Virus record (IMG/VR): IMGVR_UViG_3300025015_000001 | DNA length: 64,000 nucleotides | Strand: one strand, 5' to 3' | DNA from: a virus | Shown: positions 38,690 through 49,024 of the stretch, one piece after another | Layout: every line of letters starts with the position of its first letter | Numbering within the stretch: the stretch's first letter is position 1 | The notes under the pieces: generated by a model | The model's database searches: none | What the model saw: only the letters and a program-made list of their open reading frames with translations | Told to the model about the DNA's origin: nothing | Program-made: the position numbers and the translations under genes

Positions 38690-39811
38690 ATGGCAGATTT
38701 ACCTGCAGTAGGAGGAAGTAATAACACATGGGGACAAGAGCTTAACGATTTTATGTCTATTGCACACGAATCAGCCGGTGCCAATGGCGGTAAACTTAAA
38801 ACATCTGCATTAAATGGAATATCTTTTACAGGCACTATTAACCTAAATAGCGCTACAGCAGCCAACCTCCCAGCTAACACCAATGTTGGGACTGTTTTAG
38901 CAGCCGAATTAAGTTATCTATCTGGGGTTACATCTGGTATACAAGGACAACTAAGTGGTAAGTCAAGTACTACACATACACATGCTGTATCTGCTGGAGC
39001 TATTGATGTGACTGCAACAGCCGCAGAATTAAACATTTTGGATGGTGTAATAGCCACCACTGCAGAAATAAATTATTCTTCTGGGGTTACATCTGGTATA
39101 CAAGGACAATTAAGTGGTAAGGCGAGTACCACACATACACACGCTGTATCCGCCGGAGCTACTGATGTGACTGCAACAGCTGCAGAGTTAAACATTTTGG
39201 ATGGTGTAACAGCTACCACTGCAGAAATAAATTATTCTTCTGGGGTTACATCTGGTATACAAGGACAATTAAGCAGTAAGATAGCTATATCAGGGACAGT
39301 TACACAAGCTAACCTTACAACATTAACTGCCGGAAGTGGTAGCATTGCAGATAGCTTACACGGGCATTCTATATCTATAACTAATGCCGATACAGTGGAC
39401 AGTTACCATGCCTCGGATTTACTTGCAAGAGGCAACCATACAGGAACCCAGAATGGGTCAACTATATCAGGAGGGACGTTAGGGAGTACAGTCGTGCCTC
39501 TGGCGAGGATGGGGACTGCGGTGGCGAGTGGGAGCCAGACAGTTAATGCAGATACAGCATATGGGATAACTATTAGCGGTAGTAGTGGGGCGGCGCATGA
39601 GTTCTATCATTATTCTGCATATTTAAGTAGTTCCCCTACGTCTGACATCATAACGTATGGTGCTAGAGTCACAGAAACAGAAACTGTTAATGCTTCTGTG
39701 CATTTTACTCTAACAAGGCGGGCAGATGTAGGAACGATAATTGACATTATCAACGGCTATGGGGCGAGTAAAACTATAGAATATAAAGTCTACAAACTCA
39801 CAGAATCTTAA
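38690..39811 (+). CDS. Tail fibre protein with 53-aa repeats
   Basis: ATAAELNILDG and THTH motifs. Confidence 0.7.
   Translation: MADLPAVGGSNNTWGQELNDFMSIAHESAGANGGKLKTSALNGISFTGTINLNSATAANLPANTNVGTVLAAELSYLSGVTSGIQGQLSGKSSTTHTHAVSAGAIDVTATAAELNILDGVIATTAEINYSSGVTSGIQGQLSGKASTTHTHAVSAGATDVTATAAELNILDGVTATTAEINYSSGVTSGIQGQLSSKIAISGTVTQANLTTLTAGSGSIADSLHGHSISITNADTVDSYHASDLLARGNHTGTQNGSTISGGTLGSTVVPLARMGTAVASGSQTVNADTAYGITISGSSGAAHEFYHYSAYLSSSPTSDIITYGARVTETETVNASVHFTLTRRADVGTIIDIINGYGASKTIEYKVYKLTES
38921..39275 (+). repeat. 159-bp tandem repeat, about 2.2 copies
   Basis: tctggggttacatctggtatacaaggacaa at 38921, 39080 and 39239. Confidence 0.95.
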
Positions 39812-39822
39812 AGGAGAGCTCA

Positions 39823-40257
39823 ATGGCACATAAATGGATTGATTCACAAGCAGGAAAGTTAAAGATTGACGAAGCAGGAAGCATCATAGATAAACATCCT
39901 TACAAATATTATAGCGTGGCAAACAAGACTATCAAGGTTACATTAAACCCTGACGGGACAGAAGGAGATGCAGAGTTTTTTGTCCCTCGGAATATCCTTA
40001 TGGTTCATCCCATAACGGGGGAAGTGATGGGACTTAATCAAGGTTTTGTTGAGGCCGTAGAACTTGAGGGGATTCAGTCAATCAAGGCTAAAGGACCAGA
40101 CGGGATGGAGAGCATGTCTGTGGAGGTTCGGGCCTCCGATATCCCCGCAGACTTTATAGTAGACGTAACTCTGCCAGATGGAAAACAGATTAAGAAGATT
40201 GCTTACAAATGGGATGGGGCAAAACTTAAGAAGAAGACTAAGTCTGAGATGAATTAG
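39823..40257 (+). CDS. Hypothetical protein (possible fibre-associated)
   Basis: AAGGAG RBS; follows the fibre gene. Confidence 0.7.
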   Translation: MAHKWIDSQAGKLKIDEAGSIIDKHPYKYYSVANKTIKVTLNPDGTEGDAEFFVPRNILMVHPITGEVMGLNQGFVEAVELEGIQSIKAKGPDGMESMSVEVRASDIPADFIVDVTLPDGKQIKKIAYKWDGAKLKKKTKSEMN

Positions 40258-40296
40258 TATTAAGTATTTTCCACTTTATTAAAAATAGGATAAATA

Positions 40297-41361
40297 ATGC
40301 CCTTAGATCTAACATTCGACCCCAGTGCCAGTGCAGCCATACTAGGAATAGCAACACAAAGTGATGGGAAGATTTTAGTTTGTGGAGGTTTTTCTACCAT
40401 AGGTGGGCACACTAAGAATGGCCTAGCTCGTTTAAATTTAGATGGTACAGTTGATACTGGATTCACGGCTACATTGCCGGATTTTACTTCGGGAATAGTC
40501 ATCCAGCCAGACAACAAAATTATTGTACGTATTGCTAATGCTAGCATACAAAAATTAAATTACAATGGCACTTCTGATAGTACTTTTTCTATTCCTACCA
40601 TGAATGATTATATATTATCCTTAAACCTACAAAGTGATGGGGCATTATTTGTTGGTGGGGCTTTCACCACTGTTAATGGTAATCCGCAAAGTAGAGTAGT
40701 TAAGTTAAATATAGATGGCACAGTAGACACGTCCTTCAATGTTTCTATAAATTCTTGGGTAAGAAATACTATTACACAATCGGATGGAAATATACTAATA
40801 GGGGGTTCATTCAGTACCGTAAATGGAATAACAAGAAATGGCATGGCCAGGGTATATCCAGACGGAAGTTTGGATATGACATTTGATCCTAACATATTAG
40901 GCACAGTTTATTCAATAATCGTAGAACCAAACGGTGATATGATAGTAGGGGGTAATTTTGCTTCTGTGGGTAATGAGAGCAGAAATAATATGGCTAAACT
41001 TACTTCTATGGGGACATTAGACATGTCATTTAACCCAAATGTTTCAGGTGATATATTAGTTATAACTAAGCAAGTGGATGAAAAAATTTTAATGGGTGGG
41101 TTAATACAGTCAGTTAATACTGTACCACGTAACTATATTGCTAGGATACATTCAAATGGTACATTAGATACATCTTTCAATCCAAACGCTAATAATCAAG
41201 TATACTCTATAGGTGTTCAATCAAATAATGATATCCTTATAGGTGGAAATTTTACTGTAATTAACAGTGTATTACGTAATTATATAGCAAGATGGACAGA
41301 GACAATTAACCTAATTGCGCCAACTAATTTAGTCGCACAATGCGGGATTTACGCTGTTTAA
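40297..41361 (+). CDS. Delta-60-repeat beta-propeller protein
   Basis: Repeated QSDGKIL.GG.F....G..RN..ARL..DG.LD.SF. Confidence 0.9.
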   Translation: MPLDLTFDPSASAAILGIATQSDGKILVCGGFSTIGGHTKNGLARLNLDGTVDTGFTATLPDFTSGIVIQPDNKIIVRIANASIQKLNYNGTSDSTFSIPTMNDYILSLNLQSDGALFVGGAFTTVNGNPQSRVVKLNIDGTVDTSFNVSINSWVRNTITQSDGNILIGGSFSTVNGITRNGMARVYPDGSLDMTFDPNILGTVYSIIVEPNGDMIVGGNFASVGNESRNNMAKLTSMGTLDMSFNPNVSGDILVITKQVDEKILMGGLIQSVNTVPRNYIARIHSNGTLDTSFNPNANNQVYSIGVQSNNDILIGGNFTVINSVLRNYIARWTETINLIAPTNLVAQCGIYAV

Positions 41362-41374
41362 AATAGGGGAATAA

Positions 41375-42724
41375 ATGAGTTTAGATGCAACCTTTATACC
41401 AGATGTAAACAGTTACACTCAGGCAATAGCAGTACAAACAGATGGTAAAATATTAATAGCCGGTGAGTTTACTGTTGTAAATTCTGTTTCTAAAGTGTGT
41501 ATAGCAAGGTTAAATTCAGATGGGTCATTAGATACTTCTTTTTCTGCGTTGCTTTCTTACGGAGTTAATTCTATAGTGATACAGTCAGATGGTAGAATTC
41601 TGGTAGGGGGGAGGTTCACGACCGTTAATGGAGTAACTAGGTATTATCTTGCCAGGCTTACCTCTACAGGTGCAACGGATAATACATTTACTGGTTATAC
41701 TAATGGGTATGTGCACTCAATAATAGTTCAACCAGACAATAAAATATTAATTGGCGGAGAATTTACCACAGTTAACGGTGTAGTAAAAAATCATATAGCA
41801 AGACTAACCTCAACAGGTAGTTTAGACACGTCTTTCACTGCGGACGCAGATAGATCTGTGCATGCTATGTATATACAGTCGGACGGGAAGTTACTAATCG
41901 GAGGAAAATTTAACACAGTAAATGGTACTACTAAGCACTACATAGCTAGACTTACTTCTAATGGTGGGTTAGATAATTCTTTTGCTGTAACATCGATTAA
42001 TGGGTATGTTTATACTATTGAAGCATACCCAAATAATAGATTTATACTAGGTGGTACTTTTACACAAGTGGATAATACTGCACAGCAATGTGTTACTAGA
42101 GTACACTCAAATGGTAACTTAGACACAGAATTTAATAATGTTGGTGTGGGGGCCCTTTTTGGGTATGCGTGGCCAACAGCTGTATATGATGCTGTAGTTC
42201 AGCTCAGTGGTAAAGTTATATTTGTTGGTAGTTTTAATTCAATAGGAACAACACGAAGAAACTATATTGCTAGAATCACCCCCGATGGTATTTTAGACCC
42301 TGATTTTAATCCAGATTTAAATTGGCCAGGGAGCGTACTGCTTACACAGACAGACGGTAAATTACTAATTGGCGGAAAATTTAATATCGTTAATGGGGAG
42401 ACGAGAACTTATATAGCAAGATGGGTGGATAGTGAGACAGCTTCTGGTCCTAATACAATTGTTCTTACTTGGCAGGATAACAATATAGGAGAGGATGGTT
42501 CTAGGATAGAGCAAAGTATTAATGGTATTGATTTTACTCAGATAGCCACTGTAGGGCCAGGTACAACTTCTTATGTCATCACTGGGGTTGGCAGTGGGCA
42601 AGAACGGTGGTTTAGGGTAAGAGCCTACCAGGGGGAGGATAATAGCAGCTATAGCAACATAGTTTATATACAGTGTAGCTGGATCGTCAGCCCGACTGGC
42701 TTAAAACTCATCCGGGGAAGCTAA
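41375..42724 (+). CDS. Delta-60-repeat propeller plus C-terminal FN3 domain
   Basis: Same repeats; LTWQDN..GEDG.RIE...FRVRAY...SSYSN. Confidence 0.9.
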   Translation: MSLDATFIPDVNSYTQAIAVQTDGKILIAGEFTVVNSVSKVCIARLNSDGSLDTSFSALLSYGVNSIVIQSDGRILVGGRFTTVNGVTRYYLARLTSTGATDNTFTGYTNGYVHSIIVQPDNKILIGGEFTTVNGVVKNHIARLTSTGSLDTSFTADADRSVHAMYIQSDGKLLIGGKFNTVNGTTKHYIARLTSNGGLDNSFAVTSINGYVYTIEAYPNNRFILGGTFTQVDNTAQQCVTRVHSNGNLDTEFNNVGVGALFGYAWPTAVYDAVVQLSGKVIFVGSFNSIGTTRRNYIARITPDGILDPDFNPDLNWPGSVLLTQTDGKLLIGGKFNIVNGETRTYIARWVDSETASGPNTIVLTWQDNNIGEDGSRIEQSINGIDFTQIATVGPGTTSYVITGVGSGQERWFRVRAYQGEDNSSYSNIVYIQCSWIVSPTGLKLIRGS

Positions 42725-42772
42725 ATTAAGGTTAATATGATATATCTAGTAACTATTAAAGGAATATATTAA

Positions 42773-43780
42773 ATGTCTACTTATGGATCAGGTGTATATG
42801 GAAGTGGTACGTATAGCTTAGGAGAATCTATTGCTATAAGTAGAATCCGGATATTTAAATCTATTAATGATAAAGTAACCAACTTTCAAGTACTAGCAGA
42901 TAAGGAAAGAATATTATTATATTGGGATCCTATTAGTAGAAGTATACCATTCAAAGCTTTAGCTGTGGATGGTAATGACATACACCTATCTACTATAGTA
43001 GATGTGGGTGATAGTACATATCCGTATGATACGTTTACTGTAGCGGCTTCTGCTGGAGTAAGTAGTATAGACGACATATACAATAATAGTAATATTATAT
43101 TTTTTACTGGTATGAATTTTGGGTCTCCACCAAAGAAAATAAAAGATTACGCAGGAAGTAGTAGAACATTTACTACTGATAAATTAGAGTTCCCTATTGC
43201 TACCGGAGACAGGTTTGGTTTGGTGGAGAGCATGGGGTTAATTGATGACTCTTTGATGTATGTCGGTAGTACTATAACTTATACAGATAGTGAGCATACT
43301 CTTACTAACTATGATAGCAGCACAAAAACCTTTACTGTATCTGGTGGGTTAACACTACTCCCCGGAGAAAATTTCGTATTAACAAATGCATACTATCCTA
43401 AACTATATATTAGCAAGAATAAAGGTGAGACCTTTGATGTTAGTGCACATTTAACTTATATGGTGTCTGCGCTCCCAACGGGAACTTTACTAGAGAGTAA
43501 CTATTATTACAATTCTTTTAGAGACGAAAATTCTACATTGCTAAATATTACTGATCCTGTATTTTATATAGGGTCAGTAATAACATTTATTACTGGGGTT
43601 AACAAAGGCTTGTCAAGGACAGTAAGAAATTTTGATATGAATACAAGAGAATTCACCACGGATTATTTTCCTAATATCATAGAAATAGGAGATGTCTTTT
43701 CGGTAAACACATTCAGTTTGCCTTTGGTTAGTGATATTGAGAATTACTTGTTTAAAATGATACTTACTAACGGAATTTAA
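42773..43780 (+). CDS. Virion protein with repeated shared beta-domains
   Basis: Two clear and one degenerate copy of Y.G..I.F.TG.N.G..R....Y.....FT....GD.F. Confidence 0.6.
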   Translation: MSTYGSGVYGSGTYSLGESIAISRIRIFKSINDKVTNFQVLADKERILLYWDPISRSIPFKALAVDGNDIHLSTIVDVGDSTYPYDTFTVAASAGVSSIDDIYNNSNIIFFTGMNFGSPPKKIKDYAGSSRTFTTDKLEFPIATGDRFGLVESMGLIDDSLMYVGSTITYTDSEHTLTNYDSSTKTFTVSGGLTLLPGENFVLTNAYYPKLYISKNKGETFDVSAHLTYMVSALPTGTLLESNYYYNSFRDENSTLLNITDPVFYIGSVITFITGVNKGLSRTVRNFDMNTREFTTDYFPNIIEIGDVFSVNTFSLPLVSDIENYLFKMILTNGI

Positions 43781-43810
43781 CTACTACTAAACGTAGTGCA
43801 GCAGGGGGAT

Positions 43811-45841
43811 ATGGCGACTCACAGTGTTATACTAGTATGGCAAGATAATTCTCTCGATGAGGATGGATTTAAAATTGAGAAGAGCTCTGATGGTGTATCA
43901 TGGGTGCAAATAGACACAGTAGCCCCCAGTGTAAATACATATACCGCTACCGGTATAATAGATGGGGAACCTATTTATTTTAGAGTAAAAGCATTTAATA
44001 CGGGAGGAGATTCTGGTTATTCTAATGTTGCGTCCGCCACTTTTACATGGCAACCTATACTTGGCACTGAGACTGTAACCTACCCAGCAGTAAGCACACA
44101 GAATTATCTTACTACACTTAATAATGGTTATTGGGATACTAATCTAAATACAAATGTGTACAGTTTGGTGCATAGTGTTACAAAAGAAGGGCATGCTAGA
44201 GCTGAGATAGAGGTAAAAGATCAAGTTTCTGATTTTGGGATAGAGACAGTTAGAGATATAAAACTTTATAATAACTTTGGTATAAACTTTGGTTTTGAAA
44301 AAAATACAAATACTTCTTATATACGATACAGAAAAAGTATTATGGATTTAATTTCTGGATTTAGAAACACAGGAACCACAGAGGGATTATATAATATTGT
44401 AAGAGCATTTTATAGGATTACCCCACAAATTGAATCGTTAGCACAAACTGGGTGGAGGTACGGGAGAAATAGGTTAGGTTACGCACAATCAGCGCAGTCA
44501 TTAACTGTTACTGCGGTACCGATTGGGCCAGAGAGATATTATACTTTTACTACATCTTCATCTGGGTTGGATGTGGATCACACTGGTGATTATATAGCAT
44601 TTGTATCTGTTCCAACTGGGGTTGTGTTTAATCAATCATTGTATGGTGAGATGTTTTCTGTTATAAACTATAGTACTAGTGGTGGTAATGCAACATTTAC
44701 TATTGAATCTATTGACTATGAAATACCTGTAGGTGCAGTAGTACAATTATTTAATACAGATACATCTACCAATTTTAATACATCACCACACAGCACATTA
44801 TCATATACATTTGGGGCTAGAGTAACAGTGCACGGGCCATACTTAGATGATACTGATAAAACATCATTTGAAACATTGTTACGTAAGTTTATGCCACTTC
44901 ATGTAGACTATATAACAACCTATCAACCTATTGTCTTAGGAGAATCTTCATGGGATAAGTGGATGGGGGATAAGACTAATCTGGAGGTCAATTATGAGAC
45001 TAACACTTTAGTACCAGTAGTTGATAGCTTATTAGAATATAGTAGACTTTCAGATAATTTTAACAGTACAGTAACCACTGTAGTTAGTGGTGACTATGTT
45101 TTTACTGGGGATAATATCACTACTAAGTACAATTATTATAAGAATAAAGATATCCTATTTTTAACAGGAAATAACGCCGGAATAAGCAAGAGAGTACTGA
45201 GCTACTTGGGTGGAGAAAAACAGTTCACAACTGACTCATTCCCATATACAATAATGCCAGGAGATATATTTAGGGTAGAACATATAGCGTATCAAACAAA
45301 GTATGTCACACCATTAATTAATATACAACCAGTTGAATTAGGGATAAATTTGACTAATTCTCTATACACTTTTGGGTGGTTTACTAGAAAGTTGGATCCT
45401 GCTATAGAGGAATATCTATATATAGAATCTAGTGATGATGGAGTCATATACACACTTCCCAGAAGAGTACAGCAGAATGAAAGGTTGAACACGACAGTAG
45501 ATGGTACTGTAACTGTAGGAATTGGTTCCTACCCATATAATACATTTACTATTTCTGCAAGTGGTTTAAATCACTTAAGTAATATTGATGATTATTATGC
45601 GGGAAGTTATTTAAAATTTACTACTGGAGTAAATGCAAGTTATTACGAAAAAATATTATCATATGATGCGACTACTAAGGTAGTAGTAACAGATACGTTT
45701 AGTTCTCTTATAGATACTGGAGATAATTTTACAATTATAACAACAGATATTAAGCAATATGTTCGAGTAACTGCATATCACAATAAATTAAAAAATAAAA
45801 ATGATATAGAGATAGAGAGTATTGTTATTAAAGTTATTTAA
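43811..45841 (+). CDS. Baseplate wedge (tail protein I-like) with N-terminal FN3
   Basis: VWQDNSLDEDGFKIEKS FN3; YRKSI...TGTTEGL..IV and FMPLHV wedge-like motifs. Confidence 0.6.
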   Translation: MATHSVILVWQDNSLDEDGFKIEKSSDGVSWVQIDTVAPSVNTYTATGIIDGEPIYFRVKAFNTGGDSGYSNVASATFTWQPILGTETVTYPAVSTQNYLTTLNNGYWDTNLNTNVYSLVHSVTKEGHARAEIEVKDQVSDFGIETVRDIKLYNNFGINFGFEKNTNTSYIRYRKSIMDLISGFRNTGTTEGLYNIVRAFYRITPQIESLAQTGWRYGRNRLGYAQSAQSLTVTAVPIGPERYYTFTTSSSGLDVDHTGDYIAFVSVPTGVVFNQSLYGEMFSVINYSTSGGNATFTIESIDYEIPVGAVVQLFNTDTSTNFNTSPHSTLSYTFGARVTVHGPYLDDTDKTSFETLLRKFMPLHVDYITTYQPIVLGESSWDKWMGDKTNLEVNYETNTLVPVVDSLLEYSRLSDNFNSTVTTVVSGDYVFTGDNITTKYNYYKNKDILFLTGNNAGISKRVLSYLGGEKQFTTDSFPYTIMPGDIFRVEHIAYQTKYVTPLINIQPVELGINLTNSLYTFGWFTRKLDPAIEEYLYIESSDDGVIYTLPRRVQQNERLNTTVDGTVTVGIGSYPYNTFTISASGLNHLSNIDDYYAGSYLKFTTGVNASYYEKILSYDATTKVVVTDTFSSLIDTGDNFTIITTDIKQYVRVTAYHNKLKNKNDIEIESIVIKVI

Positions 45842-45855
45842 TCGGGGGGGTATGT

Positions 45856-48444
45856 ATGAAAGGTACACGTTATTTAAATGGTGTTCTTGCTACACAAGAA
45901 CATTTACAAACTTCAGATAATTCTAAAACAGCTGGAATTAAAGAACGCTTTGGGACAGTCGCAGGTAAAGGCATTGTTAATGAGGACGGTGTTAGTGGTC
46001 CTTTATACCTCTACCCAGCCCCAACCGCCTCTGTCATCAATGTAACTGCTGGGGAGGCATATACTGATTTTAATATTGATAGTGCTGATGAGATGTACAC
46101 TGGAAGTGGGGAACGTATTTATGTCCCCTCTGCATTGACAAATATTAGTAGACGGTTAACAGCAGAGGACACCTATGTGTACCTTGTATACATAGAAATA
46201 CATAAAAATAGAGAGGCGGATGAGGCTGGGGTTAACTACTATACTAAAAAAGAGGATGGGTATGTTATAGCCCAATTATCTACTGGGGAGCATAATCAGG
46301 TAGCTACTACTGGTATAGAATCTGACTGGACGGCGGTTAATCACTCCGCGATAACATCATTAACTCAAGAGGAACTTGGGGATACATTCGGTGCTGGTAA
46401 GTACACAGACGTACCATCCCCAAGAGTTAGGGTGTCTGTTACAAAATATAATTCTGTATTTTTAGGAAGAATTTTAGTCAGTCCAGCAAATACTGTAGAT
46501 GGTAGTGGCCGCACTAAGTTTACATTAGATAATGATGTTATAGATGTAAGCAGTATATTACAGAGTGCACAAACTGCACATGTTAGGGAAGAACATTCTA
46601 CTGGAATTATAGGTAGTCATAGTGCATACCAATGTTTTATAGACGCCAGTGTAACTACAGATAAGATAGTTATTATAGATTTATTATCAGATGAATATGC
46701 TTTTATTAAGGGAAATAGAGTTGGTATAAATGATCTTCCTCTGGCAGAGAGAGAAATTTTAATGGCTGATTTTGCAACCACTAATACATATTATATCTAT
46801 TTAAAATATAATGAGACAACTAATGAGTTAACTTCTGAAATCAGTATCGCATACCCAACAGATGGTACTGGGTATGGAGTTTTGATTTTGGGGTCTGTGT
46901 ATGCAGATACTACTACCCCAAAGATTTCTGCGTTTAATGGAGACAAAAGATACGATGCTAGTATCTCTACAAATCCTATAACTGATTTAAGAGTTTTCGG
47001 TACGATGGGGGCGGATAGACTTAGTGATGATGGCAAGAATAGTTTTAATGGAGATAGCCTAATAGTCAATGGGGACTTTGAGGAAGGTACTATTGGGGGG
47101 CTTCCTACTGGATGGATTGGTACAGGTACTTTAGATAGTTCTTTAGATGCTGGGCGTAAAGTCCTTAAATTAACTCCAGGACAATATGTTATTTCTGCTC
47201 CTATCCCTTTTAATAGTAACAATATTTATCAAATAAAAGCAGTAGTAAAAGGGGCTACTAGTGAATCATTTTTTTCTTCCTATATTAGAGGCTATCCAAG
47301 TAAAGATTATATAGCCGCAGAAGTTAATGCTGATGCAACATACCCGATTAACATAGGGTATAACTATGCGTTCTATAATGGGGCAGTAACTACTTCTTGG
47401 GCATCATTAGCGGGGGATATTTTATTAGCTAACTGGACGTATACCACACCAGCTTATGGTGGGAATCACACTTCAGCAGATCTGCCTAATATAAAATATG
47501 CCAGAGTAGTACTTAGAAATGAATCCGGGGCGGCGCAAGCTATTTATATAGACAATATAAAACTTATAGATAAAAACGGAGTAACTGCTACTGCTGCTGA
47601 GTTGAATTTAACTGCATCTGCTACATCCTCTAATACAGCGAATACTTTAGTTAAACGTGATGGTAGTGGCAATTTTTCTGCTGGAACTATTACCGGTAAT
47701 ATCACGGGTAATGCAGCTACCGTAACTACCAATGCTAATTTGACTGGTCATGTTACTTCTGTGGGTAACGCTACAGCACTTGGAAGTTTTACTCTTGCAC
47801 AATTGAATACAGCAATATCTGACGCTGATATTGCTGTCTCATCTAATTTCCATAAAATGAGAGTTTTTACAAGCAGTACATCCTGGGATGCCGCTACTGA
47901 TGCTCCTGGGATTGTGAGTTTTGTGGTAATAGGTATAGGGGGTGGTGGTGGTGGGGGTTACTCTGGACAGACCAGTGGCTATGCTGGTGGGGGTGGTGGC
48001 GGAGCCTATTGGCACGGGACTGTTACCACTGCGGGGGCGTCACCCATTAGTGTTGTTATTGGAGCTGGTGGGCCTGGCGGAATCTTCGGTACTCCCAATG
48101 GAACAAGTGGCGGAACAACTTCTTTTAATGGGAATGACTTAGCTTACGGTGGGGTTGGCTGTGGGCAGGCTTCTGATAGAGATTATGGTGGGGATGGGGG
48201 GACCGTAGGAGCTATCATTCCGGGATGGTCGCTCGGTAGCTCAGGGACAACTGGTGGTAACGCTAACCCTGGTGTAGCTCATGGAGCTGGTGGGAACGCT
48301 GCCAGAGACTTCCCAGCAACTTTTGCTGGATTTGGTGGTGTTGCTGTTGGTGCCGATGGAAAGCTTTATGGTGGGGGCGGAGCTGGTGGGGTCACTAGTG
48401 ATGGTGGGGATGGAAAACAGGGTATTGTTATAGTCATGTGGTAA
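45856..48444 (+). CDS. Long tail fibre with CBM-like and Gly-rich C-terminal domains
   Basis: LIVNGDFEEG (CBM4/9-like); NTANTLVKRDGSGNFSAGTIT shaft; GGGGGG...GAGG C-terminus. Confidence 0.75.
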   Translation: MKGTRYLNGVLATQEHLQTSDNSKTAGIKERFGTVAGKGIVNEDGVSGPLYLYPAPTASVINVTAGEAYTDFNIDSADEMYTGSGERIYVPSALTNISRRLTAEDTYVYLVYIEIHKNREADEAGVNYYTKKEDGYVIAQLSTGEHNQVATTGIESDWTAVNHSAITSLTQEELGDTFGAGKYTDVPSPRVRVSVTKYNSVFLGRILVSPANTVDGSGRTKFTLDNDVIDVSSILQSAQTAHVREEHSTGIIGSHSAYQCFIDASVTTDKIVIIDLLSDEYAFIKGNRVGINDLPLAEREILMADFATTNTYYIYLKYNETTNELTSEISIAYPTDGTGYGVLILGSVYADTTTPKISAFNGDKRYDASISTNPITDLRVFGTMGADRLSDDGKNSFNGDSLIVNGDFEEGTIGGLPTGWIGTGTLDSSLDAGRKVLKLTPGQYVISAPIPFNSNNIYQIKAVVKGATSESFFSSYIRGYPSKDYIAAEVNADATYPINIGYNYAFYNGAVTTSWASLAGDILLANWTYTTPAYGGNHTSADLPNIKYARVVLRNESGAAQAIYIDNIKLIDKNGVTATAAELNLTASATSSNTANTLVKRDGSGNFSAGTITGNITGNAATVTTNANLTGHVTSVGNATALGSFTLAQLNTAISDADIAVSSNFHKMRVFTSSTSWDAATDAPGIVSFVVIGIGGGGGGGYSGQTSGYAGGGGGGAYWHGTVTTAGASPISVVIGAGGPGGIFGTPNGTSGGTTSFNGNDLAYGGVGCGQASDRDYGGDGGTVGAIIPGWSLGSSGTTGGNANPGVAHGAGGNAARDFPATFAGFGGVAVGADGKLYGGGGAGGVTSDGGDGKQGIVIVMW

Positions 48445-48463
48445 TTATAAAAAGTGGATTTAA

Positions 48464-48946
48464 ATGAAAACTTTTGCTATCATACAAAATAATTGTGTTA
48501 TTAATTTTACCCACGTAGAAGATAAGCCAAAATACACCAGATGGTATTTACGCGGTAGAAGTAACAAATAAAAATATTTTATTAGGGACTATTTATAATG
48601 AAACTTCAAATTCTTTTGGTGATATTGACTCTACGTATTTAGCTAATACAAAAATTGGTAAAAAACACAGGTAAAAATATTTGCGGCTGATAAGATTTCA
48701 ACACTATGTCCAGAATATAAGCAGCGCAATCTCTTAGCACGTTCTACAGAATTGTTAGGTAAAAAGGTGGCACTTTCACTGACTGTAATTGAAGAACAGG
48801 AATTACGAGATAATCAGTCACTGTGGAATAAAATAGAAGCTATGAGAGAAGCCTCAAATTTAATAGAAGCTAGGATAAATAGTCTTCAAACAGTAGAAGA
48901 GATACAGAACTATGATATAGCTAATAATCCGCTATGGCCTGAATAA
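48464..48946 (+). pseudogene. Tail-fibre assembly chaperone-like gene broken by two compensating frameshifts
   Basis: MKTFAIIQ...DKP / NTPDGIY...KIGK / KTQVK...PEYKQRN...NPLWPE*; shifts at A4 (48529-32) and A6 (48660-65); repaired length 160 aa. Confidence 0.7.
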
Positions 48947-48958
48947 TTTTTTTTGTAC

Positions 48959-48987
48959 TTGCATTTTATAAAAAATTTGTGTATACT
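48959..48987 (+). promoter_or_regulatory. Sigma70-type promoter
   Basis: TTGCAT-17-TATACT with TGTG extension. Confidence 0.7.
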
Positions 48988-49024
48988 ATTGTTAGTAGTA
49001 TATCTCATTTTAAGGAGCACGAAA

